From an uncultured Flavobacteriaceae bacterium (lineage in GTDB: Bacteria; Bacteroidota; Bacteroidia; Flavobacteriales; Flavobacteriaceae), in NCBI GenBank assembly GCA_937924845.1, contig CALDUQ010000042.1:15184-79183 (forward strand): a stretch of 64,000 bases of DNA. Reading direction: 5' to 3'. Made by a program: the position numbers and the translations under genes. Below the pieces are notes generated by a model. That model was not told the origin of the DNA. It saw nothing but the letters and a program-made list of their open reading frames with translations, and did no database searches. The first letter of the stretch is position 1. Each line of letters begins with the position of its first letter. Of the stretch, positions 37,964 through 48,689 are shown one piece after another.

Positions 37964-38851
37964 ATGATAATAAGGTATTTAGTTTTTTTACTGTTAGGCA
38001 CATTTGTAGGTGTAAGCCAATCAAAAGTACAAGAGGCCCAAAATTTATTTAAAAACAAGCAATTTAATAAAGCTCAAATGCTTTTATTAAAAGGTATTGA
38101 AAGTCAACCTGATAATATTGAAACTATTGAGCTGTTAGGCGACACCTACTTTCAGTTAAAACAATGGAAAAAATCATATACTGAATATAAAAAACTAGTT
38201 GACTTTAAGCCACAAAATGCAAATTATCATTTTAAATATGGAGGCGCTTTAGGCATGTACGCCAAGCATGTTAATAAATTTAAAGCGTTAGGCGTTTTGG
38301 GCGATATAAAAAACGCTTTTGCGATGGCAGCAAAACTGGATACCAAGCATATTGAAGCTAGATTGGCATTGGTACAACTATATATGGAGCTACCAGCAAT
38401 AGTAGGTGGTAGTATGCAAACAGCGTTGCGATATGCAGCTGAGTTAAGTGCTATTTCAAAACTCGAGGGCCTGTTATCAAAGGCTTATATTTATGAACAA
38501 GATGATGATTTGGCTAAAGCCGAAAATAATTATAGACAAGCAATTGCACTAATTAAAAAAGAAGGGCTTAATAGCGCTACACAACGCAATACAATTAATT
38601 ACCAAATAGGTAGAATTACTGCAACATACAATTTTGATTTAAACCTTGGGATTGAAAGTTTACAACGCTATTTAAAAAATTATGCGGTTAAAGATGCTGT
38701 AACTTTAGAGTGGGCATATTACCGATTGGCTCAAATTTATAAACTACAATCTAATAAATACGAAGCTTTAAAATATGCTAATAAAGCCATTTCGCTTAAA
38801 GCGGAATTTGAACCCGCAAAAGCCTTAAAATTAGAAATTATGGCGTTATAA
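37964..38851 (+). CDS. tetratricopeptide-repeat exported protein
   Basis: Signal-like N-terminus followed by several TPR-like helical pairs (..AQNLFKNKQFNKAQMLLLKGIE.., ..LAQIYKLQSNKYEALKYANKAISL..). Confidence 0.6.
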   Translation: MIIRYLVFLLLGTFVGVSQSKVQEAQNLFKNKQFNKAQMLLLKGIESQPDNIETIELLGDTYFQLKQWKKSYTEYKKLVDFKPQNANYHFKYGGALGMYAKHVNKFKALGVLGDIKNAFAMAAKLDTKHIEARLALVQLYMELPAIVGGSMQTALRYAAELSAISKLEGLLSKAYIYEQDDDLAKAENNYRQAIALIKKEGLNSATQRNTINYQIGRITATYNFDLNLGIESLQRYLKNYAVKDAVTLEWAYYRLAQIYKLQSNKYEALKYANKAISLKAEFEPAKALKLEIMAL

Positions 38852-38856
38852 AATTA

Positions 38857-39858
38857 CTAATCTAGTTTATCGGTTAGTTTTTTAAACACCTTTTTAGCGT
38901 CTTTATGTTCGTAAAGTATACTATATACGGCGTTAATAATAGGAACATCGGCTTTTTTAGCATTTTTTTTATTAAGTAAAAAAGCACTATTGGCGGCGTA
39001 ATACCCTTCGGCAATCATATTCATTTCTAACATTGCCGATTTTACGGTGTAACCTTTACCAATCATGTTGCCAAACATACGATTTCGCGAAAATACTGAG
39101 TAGCCTGTAACTAATAAATCGCCAAGGTATGCCGAGTTATTAATGTTACGTTTCATTTTGTGTGTTTTTTTAATAAAACGTTTCATTTCGCGAATGGCAT
39201 TACTCATAAGTACACTCTGAAAATTATCACCATAACCCAATCCGTGAGCAATTCCGGCGGCAATAGCATAAATATTTTTTAACATTACAGCATATTCGGT
39301 ACCAATAACATCATCGCTAATTTTAGTTTTTATGTAATTGCTAGATAGTTTGTTAGCAATTTGAGCTGCTTTGTTTTGGTCGGCACATGATATGGTTAAG
39401 TATGATAAGCGCTCTAAAGCTACCTCTTCGGCATGACAAGGTCCTGCAATTACAGCAATATTATCTAAAGTAACGTTGTGTTTTTGGTTAAAATGTTCGC
39501 CTAATAGTAACCCACTTTCTGGCACAATTCCTTTTACTGCCGATACAATTGTTTTGTCTTCAAGGCTAATATTAAGTTTTTCTAGTTCAGAAAAAATAAA
39601 GGCTGATGGGATTACAAATATTAACACATCGGCATGCGCTACTGCTTCATTAATATTGTTTGTTAAGTTTAATTGCTCAATTTTAAACTCTACTGCACTT
39701 AAATAATTAGGGTTATGCTGCTCTCTTATTAAATGTTCTTTGGCGTAAACACTACGCATGTACCAAGTGACTTCGTCTAAGTTTTCGGTCAGCATTTTAA
39801 CAATTGCAGTAGCCCAGCTACCACTTCCAAAAACAGCATATTTTAACTCAGATTTCAT
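38857..39858 (-). CDS. gpsA: NAD(P)H-dependent glycerol-3-phosphate dehydrogenase
   Basis: Rossmann motif AVFGSGSWATAI. ..GPCHAEEVA.. and ..EGYYAANSA.. are typical of GpsA. Confidence 0.9.
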   Translation of the reverse strand: MKSELKYAVFGSGSWATAIVKMLTENLDEVTWYMRSVYAKEHLIREQHNPNYLSAVEFKIEQLNLTNNINEAVAHADVLIFVIPSAFIFSELEKLNISLEDKTIVSAVKGIVPESGLLLGEHFNQKHNVTLDNIAVIAGPCHAEEVALERLSYLTISCADQNKAAQIANKLSSNYIKTKISDDVIGTEYAVMLKNIYAIAAGIAHGLGYGDNFQSVLMSNAIREMKRFIKKTHKMKRNINNSAYLGDLLVTGYSVFSRNRMFGNMIGKGYTVKSAMLEMNMIAEGYYAANSAFLLNKKNAKKADVPIINAVYSILYEHKDAKKVFKKLTDKLD

Positions 39859-39910
39859 GATACGACATTTAATTAATGGGCAAAAATAAACATAACTACT
39901 TTAAGTTGTT

Positions 39911-40675
39911 TTAAAACCTACGGTCTTTTTGAATAAGGTCGTATGCGTTTTGAACTTTTTTAAATTTTTGTTCGGCTCCTTTTTGGTGTTCGGGACCAAG
40001 GTGTATAACACGGTCGGGATGGTATTTTTTGGCCATTTTGCGGTATGCTTTTTTTACTTCATCATCGGTAGCGTTTTTTTCAATTTCTAAAATTTTATAG
40101 GCATTATCCATATCATCATAAAACATGGCTTTAATGCTTTCAAAATCGAGTGTGCTAATGCCTAAATAAAGTGCCATAGTACTTATTTGACTAAGCTCAT
40201 CATCGGTTACCATGCCATCGGCTTGCGCAATACCAAACAAAAAGTGTAGTAATTGCAATCGAGATGGATGATCCATCATATCTTTAATTTGCAAACAAAC
40301 TTGACGTGGCGAAATATTATTTTGATTAGTAATGCCTTTAAAAAGTTTAAAGGATTTATTGGCACGCTCTTTACCATATAGGCTTACAAATTTATCACGA
40401 ACATAATCAAGCTCGCGTTGATCTTGTTTGCCATCGGCTTTAATAACAATAGAGGCTAAAATGAGTAAACTCACCTCAAAATCGCCCGATTGGGTTTTTG
40501 TTCGCTTTTCATGAGGAGTACGTTTATTTGTATTATACTTTTTTTGTTCACCAATTTTTGGTGTTTTGTCTTTAAAAGAATCGACAAAGCTTGCAATAAC
40601 TAAACCAATTATAGCGCCTATTGGGCCGCCAACCGACCAGCCTATTGCGCCTCCTATCCATTTTGATGCACTCAT
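39911..40675 (-). CDS. DjlA-like co-chaperone (N-terminal TM, TerB-like middle, C-terminal J domain)
   Basis: Gly-rich TM segment WIGGAIGWSVGGPIGAIIGLVIA. C-terminal J domain YKILEIEKNATDDEVKKAYRKMAKKYHPDR. Confidence 0.75.
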   Translation of the reverse strand: MSASKWIGGAIGWSVGGPIGAIIGLVIASFVDSFKDKTPKIGEQKKYNTNKRTPHEKRTKTQSGDFEVSLLILASIVIKADGKQDQRELDYVRDKFVSLYGKERANKSFKLFKGITNQNNISPRQVCLQIKDMMDHPSRLQLLHFLFGIAQADGMVTDDELSQISTMALYLGISTLDFESIKAMFYDDMDNAYKILEIEKNATDDEVKKAYRKMAKKYHPDRVIHLGPEHQKGAEQKFKKVQNAYDLIQKDRRF

Positions 40676-41113
40676 AAAAAATTATTTTTAGCGAAAATAT
40701 AAAATTAAACTTGGGGTAATAAGTAGTTTGTTTTAAAATATATTAATCATAACAATTATTAAAACCAATAAGCTTATAATTACGGCAATGAGCTGATTTT
40801 TTTTTTAGTCCTTTCTGCTTTTCTTGCTAAGGTTGCTTTAAAATGAGCTAAACTTCCGTGAGGCATAATATTGTTTTGTTTGATTATTTAAAAACACTAC
40901 TTACAATATTCGTGTAGGTTTAATGTGTTTTGTTACAAAAGAAAAGTGAAATCTTTAAAAGATTAATTGTTTTTATATTCCTGCGTAAGCAGAAATCTAA
41001 ACAAATTAAAATGACAAACACTTTTTAAAGCATAAAAATTTCTGTAAAGGATTTAAAAATCTCAACAAAATTAGGTTACATGCTATAATTTGCTAAGCTT
41101 ATTAGCAATTATG

Positions 41114-41121
41114 TATCTTTG
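41114..41121 (+). promoter_or_regulatory. Bacteroidota -7 promoter box (TAnnTTTG)
   Basis: TATCTTTG lies 37 nt upstream of the bacilliredoxin ATG. Confidence 0.45.
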
Positions 41122-41157
41122 TAAACTTAAATTACGTTTAATAAAAAATTAAAATAT

Positions 41158-41568
41158 ATGTATCCAGCTGAATTGGTAAAACCAATGCGAGAAGATTTAA
41201 CTAAAGTAGGTTTTAATGAGTTACAAACGGTTGATGCTGTTGATGCTGCATTAACAAAGCCAGGCACAACATTAGTTGTAGTAAACTCGGTTTGTGGTTG
41301 TGCAGCGGCAAATGCTAGGCCAGGTGCAATACACTCGTTACAAAATGAAAAACGCCCAGAACAGTTAGTAACAGTTTTTGCAGGTGTAGATGCTGATGCC
41401 ACTAATGCGGCACGCGGATATATGGTACCTTTCCCGCCAAGTTCGCCTTGTATTGCCTTGTTTAAAGATGGTGAATTAGTGCATATGTTAGAGCGTCACC
41501 ATATTGAAGGTAGGCCAGCTAACCTTATAGCCGATAACTTAATGGATGCTTATAATTCATTTTGTTAA
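41158..41568 (+). CDS. BrxA/BrxB-family bacilliredoxin (DUF1094)
   Basis: MYPAELVKPMREDLTKVGF..VVVNSVCGCAA.. contains the conserved CGC redox motif. 136 aa. Confidence 0.8.
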   Translation: MYPAELVKPMREDLTKVGFNELQTVDAVDAALTKPGTTLVVVNSVCGCAAANARPGAIHSLQNEKRPEQLVTVFAGVDADATNAARGYMVPFPPSSPCIALFKDGELVHMLERHHIEGRPANLIADNLMDAYNSFC

Positions 41569-41584
41569 TCCATTTATAATCATA

Positions 41585-41621
41585 AAAAAAGGCTTCAAAA
41601 TGTATGTTTTGAAGCCTTTTT
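41585..41621. terminator. bidirectional rho-independent terminator
   Basis: A7-GGCTTCAAAA-tgtatg-TTTTGAAGCC-T7, between convergent genes. Confidence 0.7.
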
Positions 41622-42143
41622 TTATTGTGTATACTCATCAACAATATCAGCGTCTATTTTACTCATATCCATAATCATAGGAAATACGGTTGGGGCTAAT
41701 GATTTAACAGGATTGTAAATTATAGATTTGTTTAATTCCTCTTCTGAGGCAAACGGAATAGTATTGTTAAACTTATCAAAAATCATTAATAAAACACTTA
41801 ATATTAATGCAAATTTTGCCGCCCCAAAAGCTGCGCCCAATACTTTATTTATAATACCTAAAGCTGCAAAGTTGGCGATTTTTGTAAGTAGTTTTCCTGC
41901 TAATGAAATAGCAATTACAATTACAATAAAGGTTACAGCAAAAGCAGCAACGTTGATGTACTTTTCATCCCAAGTGACATTGTTTTTAAAAAAAAATGCA
42001 GCAAAATTACTAAAATGTATAGCGCCATAAACACCTGCTATTAAAGCAACTAATGAGGCTATCTCTACAAAAAGCCCTTTCATTAAGCCTCGTATTAAAC
42101 CAAATAAAATTAAACCCCCTAAAATAATGTCGATTATGCTCAT
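41622..42143 (-). CDS. cvpA: CvpA family membrane protein
   Basis: MSIIDIILGGLILFGLIRGLMKGLFVEI.. is a characteristic CvpA N-terminus. Four TM helices. Confidence 0.75.
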   Translation of the reverse strand: MSIIDIILGGLILFGLIRGLMKGLFVEIASLVALIAGVYGAIHFSNFAAFFFKNNVTWDEKYINVAAFAVTFIVIVIAISLAGKLLTKIANFAALGIINKVLGAAFGAAKFALILSVLLMIFDKFNNTIPFASEEELNKSIIYNPVKSLAPTVFPMIMDMSKIDADIVDEYTQ

Positions 42144-42223
42144 GATAATTAATTAAAAACATTCAAATATATTACAATTAATGTTGTAATTGGTTTTAAA
42201 ACAAGTAACTACTTATTTTTTAT

Positions 42224-42231
42224 TAGATTTG
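42224..42231 (+). promoter_or_regulatory. Bacteroidota -7 promoter box (TAnnTTTG)
   Basis: TAGATTTG lies 24 nt upstream of the MKKLSLL.. ATG of the M16 peptidase gene. Confidence 0.4.
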
Positions 42232-42254
42232 ATGTAAACAAATAAATGTATAAA

Positions 42255-45218
42255 ATGAAAAAATTATCACTTCTGGTTTTTATTACTAGTTTGGTGTGTA
42301 TTGTTAGTTGTAAGCAAAACAATATGCCAAGTTATGAACTGAAAACAACCACCGATTCTGCAGGGTTTAGCTATGAAACACTTACAAATGACCCTACTGG
42401 TTTAAGACTATATACGCTTGACAACGGGTTAAAAGTGTATTTAGGTAAAAATGAAGAAGAACCTAAAATTCAAACTTTAATTGCGGTTAGAGCAGGTTCA
42501 ACTTATGATCCTGCAGATAATACTGGTTTAGCACATTATCTTGAGCATATGGTTTTTAAAGGTACAGATGAAATAGGAACTCAAGATTATGAAAAAGAAA
42601 AAGTGCTTTTAACACAAATTTCAGATTTATTCGAAGCTCATAAAAAAGAGACTGACCCTATACAAAAAGCAGCTATTTATAAAAAAATAGACGAAGTATC
42701 ATTAGAAGCATCAAAAATATCGATTGCTAATGAGTATGATAAAATGGTTAACTCATTGGGTGCCGAGGGTACCAATGCGTTTACATCGAATGAGCAAACG
42801 GTTTATGTTAATAAAATACCATCAAATGAACTAAAAAAATGGCTAACAGTAGAGAGTGAGCGTTTTAGTCAGTTAGTTTTACGTTTGTTTCACACCGAAC
42901 TCGAAGCTGTTTATGAAGAGTTTAATAGAGGACAAGATAGTGATGGACGAAAAATGTACTTTGCAACACTACAAGGTTTGTTTCCAAACCATCCGTACGG
43001 TACGCAATCAACAATTGGGATTTCAGAACATTTAAAAAATCCATCAATGGAGGCTATTCAGACTTACTTTGATAAGTATTATGTACCAAATAACATGGCA
43101 GTGATTTTAGTTGGTGATTTAGATTTTGATGAAACTATAAAACAAGTTAATGAAAGTTTTGGAGGGTATAAATCTAAAGCAGTTACCCACCCTAAATTTG
43201 AGGCACAACAGCCTATTACTTCACCTGTAAAGAAAGAAGTGTATGGCCCAACAGCAGAGTCTATTTACGTTTCGTTTAGAACCGAAGGTTATGGCTCAGA
43301 CCAAGAAATAATGGTAACACTTATTGATTATATGTTAGCAAACTCAAACGCAGGATTAATTGATTTAAACCTTAATCAAAAACAACTGGTTCAAAACGCA
43401 TCATCATTTACTAATTTTGATAATGATTATGGGTTTCATTTATTATATGGCACTCCAAAGGCTAATCAATCTTTAGATGAAGTGAGAGACCTTTTATTAG
43501 CGCAAATCGAAAAAATTAAAAAAGGCGAGTTTGATGATTGGTTAATTGATGCCGTTGTAAACGACTTAAGATTAACACAAATTAAAGATTATGAAAACGC
43601 ATCATCAACAGCATACGCTTATTTAGATACATTTATTCATTTTAAAGATTGGAAAGGGCGTTTAGAAATGCTTGATAAAATGAAAAAAATCACTAAACAA
43701 GATATTGTTAATTTTGCCAATAAATTATACGGAAACAATTATGTTGAGGTTCATAAAATAAAAGGAGAAGACAAAAACATAGTTAAAGTAGAAAATCCTG
43801 GCATCACTCCTGTAGAATTAAATAGAGGTGAAGAATCTAAATTTTTACAAGCATTTAATAACATTAAAACCCCCGATTTAAAACCACAATTTGTTGATTA
43901 TAAATCGGCTATTAAAACTACCCAAACCGCTAATAATATAAAAGTATCATATATAAACAACCCAAATAATGATATATTTAATTTAAATATTATACTTGAT
44001 ATGGGTAGCGATCATGATCCAAAAGTTGCATTAGCAGCAGGATATTTAGATTATTTAGGCACCGATACCTATAGCCCTGAACAGCTAAAACAAGAGTTTT
44101 ATAAAATAGGTATTACTTATGCCGTTACTTCGTCTAGAGATAAAACATATATCGCTTTAAGCGGATTAAAAGAAAACTTGGAGGCTGGTTTAATATTACT
44201 AGAACATTTATGGGATAATGCTAAGCCAAATCAAGAGGCTTATAATAAATACGTGCAAAGTATTTTAAAAGGTAGAGAAAATGGTAAAACCCAAAAAAGT
44301 AATATTTTATGGAATGGATTGATGAACTACGGACAATATGGTGAAGATTCGCCATTACGAAATATTTTTAGCGAAAATCAATTAAAAGCAATTCAACCAA
44401 ATACGTTGGTCAATACAATTAAAGGATTAAAAAACTTTAAACAACGCATTTTTTATTACGGAAATGATGTAGATGCTGCATTAACAGCAATCAACAAAAA
44501 CCATGTAGTAGCTGATAAATTAAATGATTACCCAGTAAAAACAGCATATTCGCAAAAAGAAACAGGAGGTAATGTTTACTTTGTTGATTATGACATGGTA
44601 CAAAGCGAAATGATATTATTAGCTAAAGGTGCTGAGTTTGACCCTAAAAAAATGGCGGTTTCAACACTGTTTAACACGTATTTTGGCAGCGGATTATCAT
44701 CAATAGTTTTCCAGGAAATTAGAGAATCTAAATCTTTAGCTTATTCTGCTTTTTCGGCTTATGCTAATGCATCCGAAAAAGGAAAATCTGATTTAGTGTA
44801 TGCATATATTGGTACACAGGCCAATAAAATGCCACAAGCTGTTGACGCAATGATGGATTTGATGACTAACATGCCTGCTGCACAAGAGCAATTTGAACAA
44901 GCCAAAGAAGCAACGCTCAAAAAAATTGCAGCACAACGAATTACAAAATCTAATATATTTTGGTCGTATGAACGTTTGCTAAAACGTGGCATTTATAATG
45001 ATAATAGAGAGGAGATGTATAATAGCATTAAAAACATGACGTTAAGCGATTTAGAAGTGTTTTTTAACAACAATATTAAAGGCGAAAAATATAATGTTTT
45101 GGTTATTGGTAATAAAAAAGATGTTGACCTTGATGCGTTAAGCAAATTAGGTAAAGTTCAAGAAATGGATATTGATTATCTGTTTAATTATGAAAAGCCA
45201 GACGAAATAAAAATGTAA
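42255..45218 (+). CDS. M16-family (insulinase/pitrilysin-like) zinc peptidase, tandem-domain lipoprotein
   Basis: Lipobox-like ..LVCIVSC. Inverted zinc motif HYLEHMVFKGT (HxxEH). About 985 aa, consistent with two M16 halves in one chain. Confidence 0.85.
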   Translation: MKKLSLLVFITSLVCIVSCKQNNMPSYELKTTTDSAGFSYETLTNDPTGLRLYTLDNGLKVYLGKNEEEPKIQTLIAVRAGSTYDPADNTGLAHYLEHMVFKGTDEIGTQDYEKEKVLLTQISDLFEAHKKETDPIQKAAIYKKIDEVSLEASKISIANEYDKMVNSLGAEGTNAFTSNEQTVYVNKIPSNELKKWLTVESERFSQLVLRLFHTELEAVYEEFNRGQDSDGRKMYFATLQGLFPNHPYGTQSTIGISEHLKNPSMEAIQTYFDKYYVPNNMAVILVGDLDFDETIKQVNESFGGYKSKAVTHPKFEAQQPITSPVKKEVYGPTAESIYVSFRTEGYGSDQEIMVTLIDYMLANSNAGLIDLNLNQKQLVQNASSFTNFDNDYGFHLLYGTPKANQSLDEVRDLLLAQIEKIKKGEFDDWLIDAVVNDLRLTQIKDYENASSTAYAYLDTFIHFKDWKGRLEMLDKMKKITKQDIVNFANKLYGNNYVEVHKIKGEDKNIVKVENPGITPVELNRGEESKFLQAFNNIKTPDLKPQFVDYKSAIKTTQTANNIKVSYINNPNNDIFNLNIILDMGSDHDPKVALAAGYLDYLGTDTYSPEQLKQEFYKIGITYAVTSSRDKTYIALSGLKENLEAGLILLEHLWDNAKPNQEAYNKYVQSILKGRENGKTQKSNILWNGLMNYGQYGEDSPLRNIFSENQLKAIQPNTLVNTIKGLKNFKQRIFYYGNDVDAALTAINKNHVVADKLNDYPVKTAYSQKETGGNVYFVDYDMVQSEMILLAKGAEFDPKKMAVSTLFNTYFGSGLSSIVFQEIRESKSLAYSAFSAYANASEKGKSDLVYAYIGTQANKMPQAVDAMMDLMTNMPAAQEQFEQAKEATLKKIAAQRITKSNIFWSYERLLKRGIYNDNREEMYNSIKNMTLSDLEVFFNNNIKGEKYNVLVIGNKKDVDLDALSKLGKVQEMDIDYLFNYEKPDEIKM

Positions 45219-45233
45219 GATCTAGAGTGTAAT

Positions 45234-45271
45234 TAAAAAAAGGCAGGAGTTACTAACTTCTGCCTTTTTTT
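45234..45271. terminator. bidirectional rho-independent terminator
   Basis: A7-AGGCAGGAGT-tacta-ACTTCTGCCT-T7, between convergent genes. Confidence 0.7.
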
Positions 45272-45274
45272 GTT

Positions 45275-47071
45275 TTAATCATTTAGCTTTAATACAGCCA
45301 TAAACGCTTGCTGAGGTATTTCTACATTACCTACTTGGCGCATACGTTTTTTACCTTTTTTCTGTTTTTCTAATAGTTTACGCTTACGCGAAATATCACC
45401 ACCGTAACATTTTGCTGTTACATCTTTACGAAGTGCTTTTACGGTTTCACGAGCAATAATTTTGGCACCAATTGCGGCTTGTATCGGAATATCAAATTGT
45501 TGACGTGGGATAAGTTCTTTAAGTTTTTCGCACATTTTTTTACCAATATTATGTGCGTTATCAGCATGTATTAATGCCGATAGTGCATCTACAGTTTGTG
45601 CATTTAGTAATACATCTAATCGCACTAATTTAGAGGCTTTCATGCCTATTGGCGAATAATCAAATGATGCGTAACCTTTTGATACGGTTTTTAAACGGTC
45701 GTAAAAATCAAAAACAATTTCGGCTAGTGGCATTTCAAAAATTAGTTCTACACGCTCGGTAGTTAAGTATGTTTGATTTACAATCATACCTCGTTTTTCA
45801 ATACATAAACTCATTACGTTACCTACAAAATCAGATTTTGTAATGATAGTTGCTTTAATAAAAGGTTCTTCAACGCGGTTTATGGTTGTGGTTTCGGGTA
45901 AATCACTTGGGTTATTAACAATTAATGGCTCGTTAGGGTTTTTATTAGTGTAGGCATGGTATGATACGTTAGGCACTGTGGTAATTACAGTCATATCAAA
46001 TTCACGCTCTAAACGTTCTTGAATAATCTCCATGTGTAACATGCCTAAAAACCCACATCGGAAACCAAAACCTAAGGCCGCCGAACTTTCTGGCTGAAAC
46101 ACTAATGAAGCGTCATTAAGTTGTAGTTTTTCCATCGAGTTACGTAACTCTTCGTAATCTTCCGTGTCAACGGGATAAATACCTGCAAAAACCATTGGTT
46201 TTACATCTTCAAAACCTTCAATAACATTGGTTGTTGGGTTTTCAAAATCGGTAATGGTATCACCAACTTTAACTTCTTTTGCGGTTTTAATACCAGTAAT
46301 AAGGTAGCCAACATCGCCAGCTTTTACGCTTTTTTTAGCAACTTGGTTGAGTTTAAGTGTACCAACTTCGTCGGCATAATACTCTTTATCGGTAGCGACA
46401 AATTTAATTTTCTGTCCTTTTTTTATTTCACCATTAAACACTCTAAAATAGGTTTCAATGCCCCTAAAGGTGTTGTAAACCGAGTCAAAAATTAAGGCTT
46501 GTAGGGGTTCGTCAACATTTCCTTTTGGTGCAGGTATGCGTTCAATAATTGCTTTTAAAACATTATCGATGCCAAATCCTGTTTTTCCGCTGGCATGAAT
46601 AACTTCATCGGCATCACAGCCTAGTAGGTCTACAATATCATCGGTAACTTCTTCGGGATTAGCGCTAGGTAAATCTACTTTATTTAAAATAGGTATGATT
46701 TCTAGGTCGTTTTCTAAGGCTAAATACAGGTTAGAAATGGTTTGAGCCTGTATACTTTGGGCGGCATCTACAATTAGTAAAGCCCCTTCGCATGCAGCTA
46801 TAGATCGGGATACTTCGTATGAAAAATCAACGTGACCAGGAGTATCAATTAAATTTAAAACATACTCTTGCCCTTCAAAAACATATTCCATTTGTATGGC
46901 ATGCGATTTTATGGTAATACCACGTTCACGCTCTAAATCCATATTGTCCAAAAGCTGAGCTTGTTTTTCGCGTTGTGTTACAGCGCCTGTGTAGTCAAGT
47001 AAACGATCGGCAAGTGTACTTTTACCATGGTCGATGTGTGCAATAATGCAAAAATTCCTGATGTGCTTCAT
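45275..47071 (-). CDS. lepA: translation elongation factor 4
   Basis: [23 protein letters not shown]1 motif, [12 protein letters not shown], and a LepA-specific C-terminal domain. Start at MKHIRNF (47071) because a -7 box sits between it and the upstream ATG. Confidence 0.95.
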   Translation of the reverse strand: MKHIRNFCIIAHIDHGKSTLADRLLDYTGAVTQREKQAQLLDNMDLERERGITIKSHAIQMEYVFEGQEYVLNLIDTPGHVDFSYEVSRSIAACEGALLIVDAAQSIQAQTISNLYLALENDLEIIPILNKVDLPSANPEEVTDDIVDLLGCDADEVIHASGKTGFGIDNVLKAIIERIPAPKGNVDEPLQALIFDSVYNTFRGIETYFRVFNGEIKKGQKIKFVATDKEYYADEVGTLKLNQVAKKSVKAGDVGYLITGIKTAKEVKVGDTITDFENPTTNVIEGFEDVKPMVFAGIYPVDTEDYEELRNSMEKLQLNDASLVFQPESSAALGFGFRCGFLGMLHMEIIQERLEREFDMTVITTVPNVSYHAYTNKNPNEPLIVNNPSDLPETTTINRVEEPFIKATIITKSDFVGNVMSLCIEKRGMIVNQTYLTTERVELIFEMPLAEIVFDFYDRLKTVSKGYASFDYSPIGMKASKLVRLDVLLNAQTVDALSALIHADNAHNIGKKMCEKLKELIPRQQFDIPIQAAIGAKIIARETVKALRKDVTAKCYGGDISRKRKLLEKQKKGKKRMRQVGNVEIPQQAFMAVLKLND

Positions 47072-47099
47072 GTGTCCCTCTGTAGGTTTTTGTAATGCA

Positions 47100-47107
47100 C
47101 AAAAATA
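47100..47107 (-). promoter_or_regulatory. Bacteroidota -7 promoter box (TAnnTTTG) for lepA
   Basis: The minus strand reads TATTTTTG, 28 nt upstream of the 47071 start codon. Confidence 0.4.
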
Positions 47108-47211
47108 CATAAATTTATAGTGAAATAAATTTTAAAGCACAAAGTCGTTTATTTGTGTAACAAAAAAGTATTTTTTGGTACTCATTATTTAAACCAAACA
47201 GAAACAAAATT

Positions 47212-48684
47212 ATGTTAAAACATTTTATAACATTAGAGAGGAAGGCGTTTACACGCTCGGCATCTTTTAATACAAACATGGCGTTAAAAATCATTATGGG
47301 CTTATTGGCTTTTATAATGGTGTTGTACTTTTTAGGGTTGGGTTTTGGTGTTTATTTTATTATTGAAGATCACTTTAAACTTGTACCGTTTGATGTGATT
47401 AATAACTTACTTGTTTTTTATGTGGTTGGTGATTTGGTGATAAAATATTTTTTACAAAAAATGCCTGTTGTTAATATCAAGCCGCTTTTGTATTTACCGT
47501 TAAAAAAGAAACAAATTGTAAGTTTTGGTATTAATAAAACTATAGTATCATTTTACAATATTATTCATTGTTTTTTCTTTATTCCGTTTTCAATAATTCT
47601 TATCACAAAGGGTCATGATGTTTTGGGTGTTATTGCGTGGCATTTGGCAATTATGGCCCTTATTTATAGCAATAATTTTATAAATATTTTTGTAAATAGT
47701 AAAAACTCGGTATTTTATAGTGTATTAGGTTTACTAGTTGTTTTTGGAGCACTAAAGTATTTTTTAATATTTGATATTACACGCTATACATCTTTGTTTT
47801 TTAAAGCTTTTTATACTCAACCCTATTTAGTCATCATCCCTATAGCCTTAACTATTATGTTATATAAAATGGCTTATAATTATTTTAAAGCTAATTTATA
47901 TTTAGACGCCGTTTTAGAACAAAAAATCGAAGAAGTTGAAAGCGATGAAATGAATTGGTTAAACAGGTTTGGTAGTGTGTCAACATTTTTAAAAAATGAC
48001 ATTAAACTTTTAAAACGTAATAAGCGCTCAAAAACTACTATGTTTATGAGTGTGCTATTTTTATTTTATGGATTACTATTTTTTACGGGATCGGTAGAAG
48101 CATATAAAGGGCCGCTTTGGCAAATTTTTGCAGGCATGTTTGTGTCTGGCGGATTTTTATTTACGTTTGGTCAATTTGTACCAAGTTGGGATAGTGCTTA
48201 TTATCAATTACTAATGAGCCAAAATATTAAATACAAAACCTACTTAGAGTCTAAATGGTATTTAATGGTTATTGCAACCATTGTATCAACCATTTTGGCA
48301 TCATTTTACTTATACATTGGCTGGCAAGCTTACTTAGCAGTTATTGCAGGAGCAATTTATAATATTGGTGTAAATGCATACATGGTACTTTGGGGTGGTG
48401 CTTATGTTAAAACCCCAATTGATTTAACCTCTAGCAAAAATGCCTTTGGAGATAAAAAATCATTTAATTTAAAAACAATATTACTAACAATTCCTAAAAT
48501 GTTATTACCTATGTTAATATATGCTTTAGGGCATTATACTTATGGCGAACAATTTGGGTTTTTATTGGTAATACTTGCAGGAATAATTGGGTTTTTATTT
48601 AAAAACAAAGTATTTAAAATTATTGAAAAGTTATATCAAACCGAAAAATATAAAACCATAGCTGCTTACAAACAAAAAAATTAA
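47212..48684 (+). CDS. polytopic membrane protein (DUF5687-like) paired with an ABC ATPase
   Basis: 490 aa and at least 10 hydrophobic helices. The stop is 5 nt before the ATPase gene start. The family name is from memory of Flavobacteriia annotations. Confidence 0.55.
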   Translation: MLKHFITLERKAFTRSASFNTNMALKIIMGLLAFIMVLYFLGLGFGVYFIIEDHFKLVPFDVINNLLVFYVVGDLVIKYFLQKMPVVNIKPLLYLPLKKKQIVSFGINKTIVSFYNIIHCFFFIPFSIILITKGHDVLGVIAWHLAIMALIYSNNFINIFVNSKNSVFYSVLGLLVVFGALKYFLIFDITRYTSLFFKAFYTQPYLVIIPIALTIMLYKMAYNYFKANLYLDAVLEQKIEEVESDEMNWLNRFGSVSTFLKNDIKLLKRNKRSKTTMFMSVLFLFYGLLFFTGSVEAYKGPLWQIFAGMFVSGGFLFTFGQFVPSWDSAYYQLLMSQNIKYKTYLESKWYLMVIATIVSTILASFYLYIGWQAYLAVIAGAIYNIGVNAYMVLWGGAYVKTPIDLTSSKNAFGDKKSFNLKTILLTIPKMLLPMLIYALGHYTYGEQFGFLLVILAGIIGFLFKNKVFKIIEKLYQTEKYKTIAAYKQKN

Positions 48685-48689
48685 AAATT

